Of a DNA stretch of 50,036 nt, positions 10,023-18,814 are shown one piece after another. Below the pieces are notes generated by a model, which was not told the DNA's origin, searched no databases, and saw nothing but the letters and a program-made list of their open reading frames with translations. Within the stretch, counting starts at the first letter, position 1. The number at the start of each line of letters is the position of its first letter. Source of the DNA: an uncultured Fidelibacterota bacterium (GTDB taxonomy: Bacteria > Fidelibacterota > Marinisomatia > Marinisomatales > UBA1611); NCBI GenBank assembly GCA_937893835.1, contig CALCSS010000042.1, forward strand, positions 1-50,036, given 5' to 3'. Made by a program: the position numbers and the translations under genes.

Positions 10023-11669
10023 TTACGCGGTTTGCGTGTCTGGTGGAATTAGTTTTTGCTGGGCAATTGTAAGAACGTTAAAAAGTGTATAATAGAGATT
10101 TAGACCAGAAGGAAACCCGTTGAACATTAAAAAGAAAAAACCGGTCATAAAATACTGCATGGTCTTTTGTTGGGGTTGTTGCGCTGCGCCTGCCATCATT
10201 TTTTGTTGGACAAACATCGATATGACCATAAGTATGGGAAGAACGGCCACGTGGTTTCCATAAATTGGAACATTAAAGGGAAGGAGAAAAATAGTGTCTG
10301 GAGAAGACAGGTCGGTTATCCACCAGATAAAAGGCTCAGACCTCAGTTCAATTGTTGTTCTAAAAACTTGAAAAAGCGCGAATAACAACGGCATTTGTAA
10401 CAACATCGGCAGGCAGCCACCGAGGGGGTTTACACCCCTCGCCTTATAGAGCTCCATTGTGGCCTGGTTTAGTTTCTGTGGGTTAGACTTGTATTTCTCT
10501 TTCAGCGAGTTGATCTCTGGTGCAAGGGCCTGCATGGCCGACGTTGACTGGTAGCTTTTTTTAGTAAGAGGATAAACAATTAGTTTTACTAAAAAAGCAA
10601 AAACTATCAACACGAAACCATAGTTGGGGATAAACCCATGCATTTTCTTAAGTGCATATAAAACACCCTTAGATATGGGCCTAATGAACGACCAACCAAA
10701 ATCCATGATGGCCTCTAGTCCAACACCAAGGGATTTTATTCTATCATATTCAAGGGGCCCAACATACAGACGAAAGTCTGTTTTGTTTGTTGGGTCAAAG
10801 ACAAAAGAGGCACCATAGACCTCAACCGAGTCTCCACGACCAGAGAGGTTAGCACTCTCGATGTGGTCCGGTGTTTTTGGGATAATGGCCATTGCAAAAT
10901 ATTTTGTTCTAAGGGCGGCCCAATCGGCCTCACCGTTAAATCTTTTGTTTTCAGAGTCTCCGGTATCAACCTTAAGGTTTTCCAGCTCACCACCCTGGTA
11001 TACATAGGAGTTGAAATAATAAAGGTCATCGCTAAGGTTTTTCTCAGTGGGGGAGAGCCCACCACCCCAACCAAAAGAAACATCCCTATAAATATTGTTG
11101 GCAATCCCAGAGAGGTCTAGTCCAACATCGATAAGGTAGTTGTCTTGGTAAAACGATATGTTTTTATATATAAACTGACCGTCAAAGACCTCTTTTTTGT
11201 ATATGAGTTCTTGGGTATTGTTTGTACGATTTTTATTGTGGGTAATCAGCTCCCAGGGGCCTAAGAGGGAGAGGGGTTCACCATCAAGGTCTTTGCCGGC
11301 GAGAACAAGGTTGTTATTGTTGTTAATTAACTCAACGGCCTGACTGTCTGATGTAAAATATTTATTAAGCTTAAATGATTTAATGGTTCCGCCACCAGTG
11401 GACGACACCACCATACTGTAGAGGTCTGTAATGATCTCTGTTGATTTTTCTTCAGAATATGAGTTGTTTAAGGGGTTGGGCGCTTTGTTTATAATCTCAA
11501 TGGGAGCGACGTTTGTTTTGATAGCGGTCGGCGTGGCTGTTGTGTCAGGGGAGGGTTCGTTAATAGTGGAGACTCGGTCAGGGGTTGGAGATACGAGTTC
11601 AATATATTTAGGCGTAAGAACCAAAACTATAGAAATTAGAAAAAAAGCTAAAAGAGTGTTTCTATCCAT
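10023..11669 (-). CDS. yidC: Membrane protein insertase YidC
   Basis: N-terminal TM segment, periplasmic domain, DFGW, NPLGGCLPMLLQMP, PSGLNLYY. Confidence 0.97.
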   Translation of the reverse strand: MDRNTLLAFFLISIVLVLTPKYIELVSPTPDRVSTINEPSPDTTATPTAIKTNVAPIEIINKAPNPLNNSYSEEKSTEIITDLYSMVVSSTGGGTIKSFKLNKYFTSDSQAVELINNNNNLVLAGKDLDGEPLSLLGPWELITHNKNRTNNTQELIYKKEVFDGQFIYKNISFYQDNYLIDVGLDLSGIANNIYRDVSFGWGGGLSPTEKNLSDDLYYFNSYVYQGGELENLKVDTGDSENKRFNGEADWAALRTKYFAMAIIPKTPDHIESANLSGRGDSVEVYGASFVFDPTNKTDFRLYVGPLEYDRIKSLGVGLEAIMDFGWSFIRPISKGVLYALKKMHGFIPNYGFVLIVFAFLVKLIVYPLTKKSYQSTSAMQALAPEINSLKEKYKSNPQKLNQATMELYKARGVNPLGGCLPMLLQMPLLFALFQVFRTTIELRSEPFIWWITDLSSPDTIFLLPFNVPIYGNHVAVLPILMVISMFVQQKMMAGAAQQPQQKTMQYFMTGFFFLMFNGFPSGLNLYYTLFNVLTIAQQKLIPPDTQTA

Positions 11670-11671
11670 GT

Positions 11672-11911
11672 TTAAATAACCGGGTCTTGCCCACCCTTAA
11701 ATAGTGGATTACACTTCAAAACTCTTACCACGATCAAGAAAACACCCATTGGAAGGGTTTTTTTTTCAAGAGCCTCGATAGCATAGTGTGAACACGTTGG
11801 GTGAAAACGGCAGACAGGCCCTAGTATGGGGGAAATGGTCATTTGATATGTCTTTATAAAAAATAAAAGTGATCTCCTGAGAATACACCCAAGAGATTGA
11901 AGTAAAAACAC
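11672..11911 (-). CDS. yidD: Membrane protein insertion efficiency factor YidD
   Basis: YQMTISP...CRFHPTCSHYA...KCNPLFKGGQDPV, directly upstream of yidC. Confidence 0.92.
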   Translation of the reverse strand: MFLLQSLGCILRRSLLFFIKTYQMTISPILGPVCRFHPTCSHYAIEALEKKTLPMGVFLIVVRVLKCNPLFKGGQDPVI

Positions 11912-11917
11912 TGGGTG

Positions 11918-12052
11918 TTACAGCGCCAGGCGTTTTCGTCCTTTTTTTCGACGACGCCTAAGGACAGAGCGACCACCGACACTTGCTTTTCTTGCTCGAA
12001 AGCCGTGCTTATTTCTTCTTTTTCTTTTACTGGGTTGATATGTTCGCTTCAT
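11918..12052 (-). CDS. rpmH: 50S ribosomal protein L34
   Basis: Below the ORF-track cutoff; translated by hand as [44 protein letters not shown] (44 aa). Confidence 0.97.
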   Translation of the reverse strand: MKRTYQPSKRKRRNKHGFRARKASVGGRSVLRRRRKKGRKRLAL

Positions 12053-12207
12053 TGTTAAATATTATATTTCTTTTGTTGTACAGGGCGCAAAAATACAAAC
12101 ACAAACCACTCTTAACAAAAAATATAATCAATATTTTATTTGTACACACACAACTGTTTTCCTTAGTTTTTTTTATTGTTTTTTGTAATTTAAGGCCGGC
12201 GTTAGCT

Positions 12208-12227
12208 TGTGGATAACTTGTGGATAA
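12208..12227. promoter_or_regulatory. Two tandem perfect DnaA boxes upstream of dnaA
   Basis: TGTGGATAA (reverse complement TTATCCACA) at 12208-12216 and 12219-12227, 11-bp period, 8 nt before the likely dnaA ATG. Confidence 0.9.
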
Positions 12228-12235
12228 CTTATAAA

Positions 12236-13573
12236 ATGAACTATAAAGACATATGGAAGAGCGTATTTTGCGTTTTAGTTGAGTCACTTCCTAAGCACGC
12301 AATGGACGCTTGGTTTGAACCAATGAAGGCCATTGGAGTAACTGATGGAGAGGTATTGTTAGAGGTTCCAAATCAGTTTTTCTGTGAATGGATAGACTCA
12401 CATTATAAAAAAGAACTCGTGACCGCTATACGATCAGCTGACGATACGCTGACCGGTTACCGGTTTAGTATAGGTGCCGTATCCAAGGAGTTTGAAGAAA
12501 GTGGTCTAGTTCAAAAACAAACGAAAGTTCCCCAGGTCCACCAAAACAACCTAAACAGGCAATATTCCTTTGAAAATTTTATTGAAGGATCAAATAATGA
12601 ATTTGCCAAAAACGCAGCTAGGTCAGTCGCTGAACACCCGGGGGAAAACAACTTTAATCCATTGATAATATATGGAGGAGTTGGGCTTGGCAAGACTCAC
12701 CTGATGCACGCCACAGGCAATGCCGCAATTATAAAAAACCCAAACCTTAAAGTGGTTGTTGTTACAAGCGAAAAATTCACACTAGACTTTGTTAACAGCC
12801 TAAGAAAAAACAAAACAATCGAATTTGCCCAACAATATCGATCCGCAGATATTCTCTTAATAGACGACATTCAATTTTTTCGAGGCAAAGAACAAACACA
12901 AGAACAGTTTTTTCACACGTTCAACGTTTTACACCAGGCGGGCAAACAAATTGTAATGACCGCAGACAAATATCCAGGAGAAATGAAAGGGTTGCAAACC
13001 CGTTTATTATCGCGGTTTCAGTCAGGGCTTTCTGTTGATGTTCAGCCACCAAACTTTGAGGTAAGGGTTGCAATACTTTTAGAAAAGGCAGAACAAAACG
13101 GGGTCTCCCTTGATTATGATGTAATAGAGTTTGTCGCTAGACATATTAAAAACAACATCAGAGACCTAGAGGGCGCGATAATTAGAATTTTGGCCAAATC
13201 ATCTCTCTTAAATAAAGAAATTGATCACGCTCTGGTTCGGGATGTTATAAGAGAACGAATAGGCGGTCAATTAAAGACAGATATTACCATAGAAGAAATA
13301 GTGAAAAAAGTATCAGAGTATTCTACGGTCTCCGAAAAAGACATTGTTGGGAAAAGTAGAAAAATGGAGATAGCCGAAGCTAGACAGGTCTCAATGTTCT
13401 TGTGTCGCGAGATCATGGGAACCTCTCTGAGCGGCATTGGTCTGTTTTTTGGTGGAAGAGATCACACGACGGTCATGCACGCCATTAAATCAATCGGCAA
13501 AAAGTTTGAATCAAGCAACAACATAAAAAAATCAGTTACAACACTTAGAAAAGAATTGACCCAATCTCTTTAA
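12236..13573 (+). CDS. dnaA: Chromosomal replication initiator protein DnaA
   Basis: NPLIIYGGVGLGKTHL, LLIDDIQF, QEQFFHTFN, GGRDHTTVMHA. Start placed at ATG 12236 because the GTG at 12209 lies inside the DnaA boxes. Confidence 0.97.
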   Translation: MNYKDIWKSVFCVLVESLPKHAMDAWFEPMKAIGVTDGEVLLEVPNQFFCEWIDSHYKKELVTAIRSADDTLTGYRFSIGAVSKEFEESGLVQKQTKVPQVHQNNLNRQYSFENFIEGSNNEFAKNAARSVAEHPGENNFNPLIIYGGVGLGKTHLMHATGNAAIIKNPNLKVVVVTSEKFTLDFVNSLRKNKTIEFAQQYRSADILLIDDIQFFRGKEQTQEQFFHTFNVLHQAGKQIVMTADKYPGEMKGLQTRLLSRFQSGLSVDVQPPNFEVRVAILLEKAEQNGVSLDYDVIEFVARHIKNNIRDLEGAIIRILAKSSLLNKEIDHALVRDVIRERIGGQLKTDITIEEIVKKVSEYSTVSEKDIVGKSRKMEIAEARQVSMFLCREIMGTSLSGIGLFFGGRDHTTVMHAIKSIGKKFESSNNIKKSVTTLRKELTQSL

Positions 13574-13685
13574 ATATTCCAACACAAACTACTTGCAGAA
13601 CAATCTGTTTTTTTACAAAATAAATGTACTCGGTTGATAGATAATCACACTTTACTTATAAAGATTAAAAATAGGGAGTTGCACT

Positions 13686-14096
13686 ATGCAAAAAAACAGC
13701 GTTAATAAAGTAATAATCGTCGGAAACCTTGGTCAAGACCCTGAAAGTAGGTTTACCCCACAGGGGACAGCGGTAACAAATCTAAGTGTCGCAACAAACG
13801 AATCCTGGAAAAACCAGAATGGTGAACTACAAGACAGGACAGAGTGGCACAAGGTCGTTATGTATGGAAAGATGGCAGAGACCGCAAACGAGTACATGAG
13901 AAAGGGGCAAATGGTTTATGTTGAAGGCAGGCTGCAAACCAACGAATGGGAAGACCAAAACAAAAACAAACGCAGAACAACAGAGATAAGATGTGACAAT
14001 TTTACCATGTTAGGAAGACGAACCGATGGTTCGCAAACCAACACAACCCCAAACCACGAAAAGACAGACGAGCAAGACGACGACCTACCGTTTTAA
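13686..14096 (+). CDS. ssb: Single-stranded DNA-binding protein
   Basis: VNKVIIVGNLGQDPE, TEWHKVV, VYVEGRLQT, acidic tail DDDLPF; GGGAG ribosome-binding site. Confidence 0.97.
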   Translation: MQKNSVNKVIIVGNLGQDPESRFTPQGTAVTNLSVATNESWKNQNGELQDRTEWHKVVMYGKMAETANEYMRKGQMVYVEGRLQTNEWEDQNKNKRRTTEIRCDNFTMLGRRTDGSQTNTTPNHEKTDEQDDDLPF

Positions 14097-14120
14097 CCTC
14101 CTAACAACAAATAATATACC

Positions 14121-14885
14121 TTGAAAACCTTTGGTCCTGAGTTTCTGGGGTCGCTAACACCGCGTCCATACTATTGGAGGTATCTATTAACCTATGTTGC
14201 GCTCCTAATGGGCTCTACGTTGGCACGCATAAAAATTAAAGGTCGCCAAAACCTACCCCAAAGAGGGCCGTATGTTTTGGCGTGTAACCACTTTAGTGAT
14301 TATGACCCTCTTTTTTTGAGTTATGCAATTAGAAAACCTATAAGCTTTATTGCTGCAAGTGACCAAGAGGTCGAGTGGATGTTTGCTTGGGCCCCATACA
14401 TATACGGATGGATACCAGTTGATAGGAAAAGGCTTTCTCCATCTACCATTAAACGATCCCTGGCGGCTTTAAAGAGCGGACACGTTCTTGGAATCTTTCC
14501 TGATGGAGGTGTCAGCTACAATCTATTAAACAAACCAAAAAACGGAGCTGTGTTTTTATCAACCCTAGGCAATGCGCCAATTGTTCCAATATCTATATAC
14601 GGTGCTGAAAGAGCTTGGGAGGGAGCGTTCAGGGGTATACGGTCCCGTGTATGTATTAATATAGGTAAACCGTTTGGCCCACATAAGATAGCGAGTGATA
14701 AAAAAGGCAAAGAAGCTCAATTGGAAGTAATTGGCCATGAAATGATGTGTAGGATAGCATCTTTGTTACCAATAAACAGGCAAGGACATTTCAAAAACGA
14801 CAGAACCATAAGAGACCACCAAAAAAACAATAGACTCGTTCCAGACCACCACTATTTTTTTAAAAAAAGACCAGAACAGCCTTAG
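14121..14885 (+). CDS. 1-acyl-sn-glycerol-3-phosphate acyltransferase family (PlsC-like)
   Basis: NHFSDYD (HX4D), PVDR, GIFPDG, PIVPISIYG. Confidence 0.85.
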   Translation: MKTFGPEFLGSLTPRPYYWRYLLTYVALLMGSTLARIKIKGRQNLPQRGPYVLACNHFSDYDPLFLSYAIRKPISFIAASDQEVEWMFAWAPYIYGWIPVDRKRLSPSTIKRSLAALKSGHVLGIFPDGGVSYNLLNKPKNGAVFLSTLGNAPIVPISIYGAERAWEGAFRGIRSRVCINIGKPFGPHKIASDKKGKEAQLEVIGHEMMCRIASLLPINRQGHFKNDRTIRDHQKNNRLVPDHHYFFKKRPEQP

Positions 14886-15739
14886 TTTTTAACTGAGTTT
14901 TTGATAATTAGGGCGAGACCTACAAAGATAAAAGGCCCTCCATATATAGCCCCAGGAGGAACACTCTCTAAAAAAAGAAGATACCCCAAAATAGACGCAA
15001 TTATAGGTTCCCCCAGGGGGACCGAAGCAACAGCGGTTGGGGACAGGTATTTAATCGAATAGTTTAACATATTGTGCCCCAAAATAGACGGCACTACCCC
15101 CAAAAACAAAAACCAAGGAATATCAACCTTTTCAAAAGAGAGCAAAGCCCCATCAGAAATAAACACAATGATGGCTATTGTAATGGACGCAACCAAAAAG
15201 ACCGACCGCCCATAAATTGAATTGTCCGTGTTTTCTCGAACCTTGGATGCAAACATATAAGTGACAGCAATACAAAACCCGCTCAATAGAGACAAGATGT
15301 TTCCCCGCGTGCTGTCGTTTCCGTCTCCTACTTCTGAACCTTGAACAACAACCACACCAACAACCGCTATCACCAGACCAATAAAGACAGCCCGCGACAT
15401 CTTTTGCCCACTGAACCACGACAGGGTGGCAGTGAACAATGGCCCAGTGTTGGCAAGTAATGTTGCGCTTGCAACCGACGTGTTTCTAACGCCAATAAAG
15501 AAAAGAGCAAAGTGTAAACCAAGAAAAAATCCGGCAAAAACAATTCGCATGCGATTTTCTTTCTTGATAAGACCCTGTGGTTTTTTTGCACTAAAGACCC
15601 ACAAGATTACACCGGCGGTGAACATTCTCCAAAAGGCCAAGGTAAGAGCAGGGACAAGAGAGACGTGCCTTATAACAAGAGATGTTGAGCTTACAGACAC
15701 CAATGCCAAAAAAAGAACCAAATAGATCCTTGAGGGCAT
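14882..15739 (-). CDS. DMT/EamA family transporter
   Basis: About 10 hydrophobic helices in two repeats; TSVASATLL, LGEPIIASILG. Confidence 0.88.
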   Translation of the reverse strand: MPSRIYLVLFLALVSVSSTSLVIRHVSLVPALTLAFWRMFTAGVILWVFSAKKPQGLIKKENRMRIVFAGFFLGLHFALFFIGVRNTSVASATLLANTGPLFTATLSWFSGQKMSRAVFIGLVIAVVGVVVVQGSEVGDGNDSTRGNILSLLSGFCIAVTYMFASKVRENTDNSIYGRSVFLVASITIAIIVFISDGALLSFEKVDIPWFLFLGVVPSILGHNMLNYSIKYLSPTAVASVPLGEPIIASILGYLLFLESVPPGAIYGGPFIFVGLALIIKNSVKN

Positions 15740-15741
15740 AA

Positions 15742-17142
15742 CTATTGAAAGTCGTTTATGATCGAGGCTATACAGCAGGTAAGTTTTTTTGCATAGGGTA
15801 TGTGTAAAAACTCATTAGGTCCATGTGCATTAGACCCGGGACCCAACACACCGGTTATTACGAATTGTGCATCGGGAAACCTCTCTCCCAACATTGCCAT
15901 GAAGGGAATTGTCCCTCCTTCACTCATTGAACAATCTTGTTCTTCAAAATAATCAAGAGACGCCTTGTTTATGGCCTTTACCAACCAGGCTGAGGTTTCT
16001 GGTGCGCTCCAACCAGAAGCAGCTTCCTCACACTCAACAACAACCGTAGCCTTATGTGGAACATTTTTTGATAGAGCTCTCACAACGACCTCTTGAGCAA
16101 GGTCTTGGTCAACCATTGGAGGTATTCTAATTGATAGTTGTAATTTTGTGTATGGCCTAAGAACATTACCAGCGTTTTCAGAAGGAGGGAGGCCATTCGC
16201 ACCCACAACAGATAGGGCAGGCCGCCACGTTCTGCGCAAAACACCCTCTACCAGGTCATCTGTGGATGGTTCCATATCGTCTTTCCAGGGAAACTCATCG
16301 ACAACCTCCCGACCAAGAATATCAACAAACCTTTCTGTCTCAGATACCCGATAGTCTGGAATGGTTGTGTGTAGTTCATTTAATTTTATTTCTCCCGACC
16401 TCTCATCTTCCAACCTGGAAAGAAGTAGCCTTGCAATTCGAAAAGAGGAAGGTACGTGCCCACTTGCACCCCCAGAATGAACACCTTCTTTTAAAACTCC
16501 AACCTCTAAGGAACAACCAATCAACCCCCTTAGTGAGGTTGTGGTCCAAAATCTTTTATAGTCTCCCGCACCAGAGTCTAGGCATATGACAAGCTCCGGT
16601 TTCCCAATCAAGTCTGAACAAAGTTCAATATAATGAGGCAGGTCAGGTGAACCACTTTCCTCACTAAACTCGATAAGTATCAAAATCCTTGGGGTGTTCA
16701 ATCCTTGATTAAGAAGAGCTTTAATTGCACACATTGATGCGAAGAGAGCATATCCGTCATCTGCGCCACCTCGACCATACAATTTTCCATCTTTTAATAC
16801 TGGGTCCCAAGGTCCAAGACCATTGTTCCAACCTTCCATCTCGGGTTGTTTATCTAGGTGTCCATACATTAAAATATTTCCATCTTTTGTTCCTGCTATG
16901 TCAATAAGTAACAAAGGGGTTTTTTCTGGTGACTCTTTTATTATTAACTCTGCGTTTTTCGGTAAGTGTTCCTCTGCCCATTTCTTTGCCATGTGCAAGA
17001 CCTTGTCCATGTGCCCGTTTTGTTTCCAGTTCACATCAAAGGAGGGAGACTTGTTTGGTATTTTTATATATTCAAACAATGTTGGGATAATGTGTTTTTC
17101 CCAAAAGACACCAACCTGATCAATCAATAGTTTATTATTCAT
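15742..17142 (-). CDS. M20 family metallopeptidase (dipeptidase/DapE-like)
   Basis: YGHLDKQP, GRGGADDG, EESGS, HSG, NAHGPNE. Confidence 0.9.
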   Translation of the reverse strand: MNNKLLIDQVGVFWEKHIIPTLFEYIKIPNKSPSFDVNWKQNGHMDKVLHMAKKWAEEHLPKNAELIIKESPEKTPLLLIDIAGTKDGNILMYGHLDKQPEMEGWNNGLGPWDPVLKDGKLYGRGGADDGYALFASMCAIKALLNQGLNTPRILILIEFSEESGSPDLPHYIELCSDLIGKPELVICLDSGAGDYKRFWTTTSLRGLIGCSLEVGVLKEGVHSGGASGHVPSSFRIARLLLSRLEDERSGEIKLNELHTTIPDYRVSETERFVDILGREVVDEFPWKDDMEPSTDDLVEGVLRRTWRPALSVVGANGLPPSENAGNVLRPYTKLQLSIRIPPMVDQDLAQEVVVRALSKNVPHKATVVVECEEAASGWSAPETSAWLVKAINKASLDYFEEQDCSMSEGGTIPFMAMLGERFPDAQFVITGVLGPGSNAHGPNEFLHIPYAKKLTCCIASIINDFQ

Positions 17143-17183
17143 TCAAAAAATCCCTTAGTAAAGTTTTTAATCTACCACTGTGG

Positions 17184-17987
17184 TTATTTTAATTTTAGAG
17201 CAGCGCTCTTATAGATCAGTTTTCCAGATAAAAAGGCATCGTTAACACTACCGCCTTTTATACCGGCATAAGACTCGAAAACACCACGAAACAAACTAGG
17301 CACATATGTATTGATCTGATTTTTTCTTTGTGGTGTCAAGATATTTAATGCGCGCATTATGTTTGGGGTGATATCCTTTTCTTTTTCAATAAAAAACCCT
17401 GCAGATGAAAACGCCTGGAACAACTTCTCCATTTCACTAACTGTCCTAAAATCACACCAAAGAAAGGAGCCCGTTCTTTTTAATACACGAACCACCTCAA
17501 AAAGAAATATATCAATGTTTCCATAGCAGTGAGACGATTCGACATTCAGGACCACATCAAAAACATTGTCTTCAAAAGGGAGGTTTTCAGAATCACCCCG
17601 TACAAATGATAGACCAGGCTCATCAAAAGATGCCACACATAGATCGACAGCATCCGACGAAACGTCTAAACCGGTAACTGTTTTAGTGTTTAAACAAGTT
17701 TGAATATATGAAGCGCCGCCACCGCGGCCAGACCCAACTTCTAATAGGTTTGCATTAGAAAGACCAACCTGGGTTGCCGTATGGTGATATAGTTGAACAG
17801 AGTACCTCTCGTTATCATATGCTTCTGACATCGCCGGGTGGAATCCATCCTCATCATAACCATAATTCATAAACCTGAAGCTGTGTTGGTGGGATTTTCG
17901 TGCAAAAACATTATACCAAAACCGCCAAAACCATTTTTTTGAAGATGGGGAAAACTGTATAAACCATACAATTATCTTTTGTATCAT
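17184..17987 (-). CDS. Class I SAM-dependent methyltransferase, resembling mycobacterial lipid O-methyltransferases (phthiotriol MTase type)
   Basis: FMNYGY, QLYHH, LEVGSGRGGG, GDSENLPF, NVESSHCY. Confidence 0.8.
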   Translation of the reverse strand: MIQKIIVWFIQFSPSSKKWFWRFWYNVFARKSHQHSFRFMNYGYDEDGFHPAMSEAYDNERYSVQLYHHTATQVGLSNANLLEVGSGRGGGASYIQTCLNTKTVTGLDVSSDAVDLCVASFDEPGLSFVRGDSENLPFEDNVFDVVLNVESSHCYGNIDIFLFEVVRVLKRTGSFLWCDFRTVSEMEKLFQAFSSAGFFIEKEKDITPNIMRALNILTPQRKNQINTYVPSLFRGVFESYAGIKGGSVNDAFLSGKLIYKSAALKLK

Positions 17988-17988
17988 T

Positions 17989-18792
17989 TTACCTTGGTTT
18001 TTCTACGACCTGGTCAGCCCTAAACTCCAAATACCATCGCCAAAAGGCTTTAAAAAAAGGTATTAGTCGTAGTTTTAGTGGAATATATGTCGTTCTCCAA
18101 TCCCTTTCGATTGCATATAAGATTTTTTGAACACATCTATCAAGACCCATAGACTCCTTACTGTGTTGTTTTGGTGGTTTTTTGTGTACTTTTCCATCTG
18201 GACCGAATGCATTTCCGCGAAGGTTTGTATCCTTGATCCAGCCCAAGATGGCCTCTAAGACTGTTATTTCTTTTTTATTTTCAATCGCCAAAGTGGATAT
18301 AAAACCATGAAGTGCGTGTTTTGAAGCCGCATAACCAGAATGCCTTGGAAAACCCATAAGGGCTTGACCCGTAGAGCAACTAATGATTTTTCCGCGAGTT
18401 TCTTTTAAGTGAGGCAAGGCAGCATGAACACAGTTCACGGCACCTAAATAATTCACATTTATTAGATCTTTAAAAAAATCAAGGTCAGTTATTTCATCAA
18501 AGCGAGCCCACATGCTTACCCCCGCATTTAACACCAACCCATCAACGCGACCAAAGGCCTCGATAGTTCTGTTTACCATGTGTTGACACTGCTCTAGGAC
18601 CGTTATATCTGTTTGTACAGGAACAGCCTTTCCACCAGAGTCTGTGATATGATTGCAAACCCTTTCGATCTCATCAAGCCTTCGTGCGGCACAGACAACC
18701 ATAGAGCCAGCAACAGATAACTGCCTACAAAGCTCTTCACCGATACCAGAAGAGCCACCCGTTATAATAAAGACCTTGTTTTTTAGAATCAT
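17989..18792 (-). CDS. SDR family oxidoreductase (DHRS7/DHRS7B-like; candidate acyl/alkyl-DHAP reductase)
   Basis: TGGSSGIG, AARR (NADP preference), LNAG, VNYLG and catalytic YAASKHALHGF. Confidence 0.85.
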   Translation of the reverse strand: MILKNKVFIITGGSSGIGEELCRQLSVAGSMVVCAARRLDEIERVCNHITDSGGKAVPVQTDITVLEQCQHMVNRTIEAFGRVDGLVLNAGVSMWARFDEITDLDFFKDLINVNYLGAVNCVHAALPHLKETRGKIISCSTGQALMGFPRHSGYAASKHALHGFISTLAIENKKEITVLEAILGWIKDTNLRGNAFGPDGKVHKKPPKQHSKESMGLDRCVQKILYAIERDWRTTYIPLKLRLIPFFKAFWRWYLEFRADQVVEKPR

Positions 18793-18814
18793 AAAGAAAG
18801 ACCCGGGAAATAAT

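Noticed and set aside
12209-12235. DnaA N-terminal extension MDNLWITYK
   Set aside because: It is simply the translation of the two DnaA boxes; ATG 12236 is the more plausible start.
11983-12287. ORFs 11983..12216 (+) and 12027..12287 (-) as a possible rnpA
   Set aside because: No RNR motif or RnpA-like sequence. They overlap rpmH, the DnaA boxes and dnaA, and look like low-complexity AT-rich translations.
1-14000. GC-skew switch to pinpoint the origin
   Set aside because: Spot counts by eye were inconsistent and confounded by coding-strand bias; this needs computation on the full contig.
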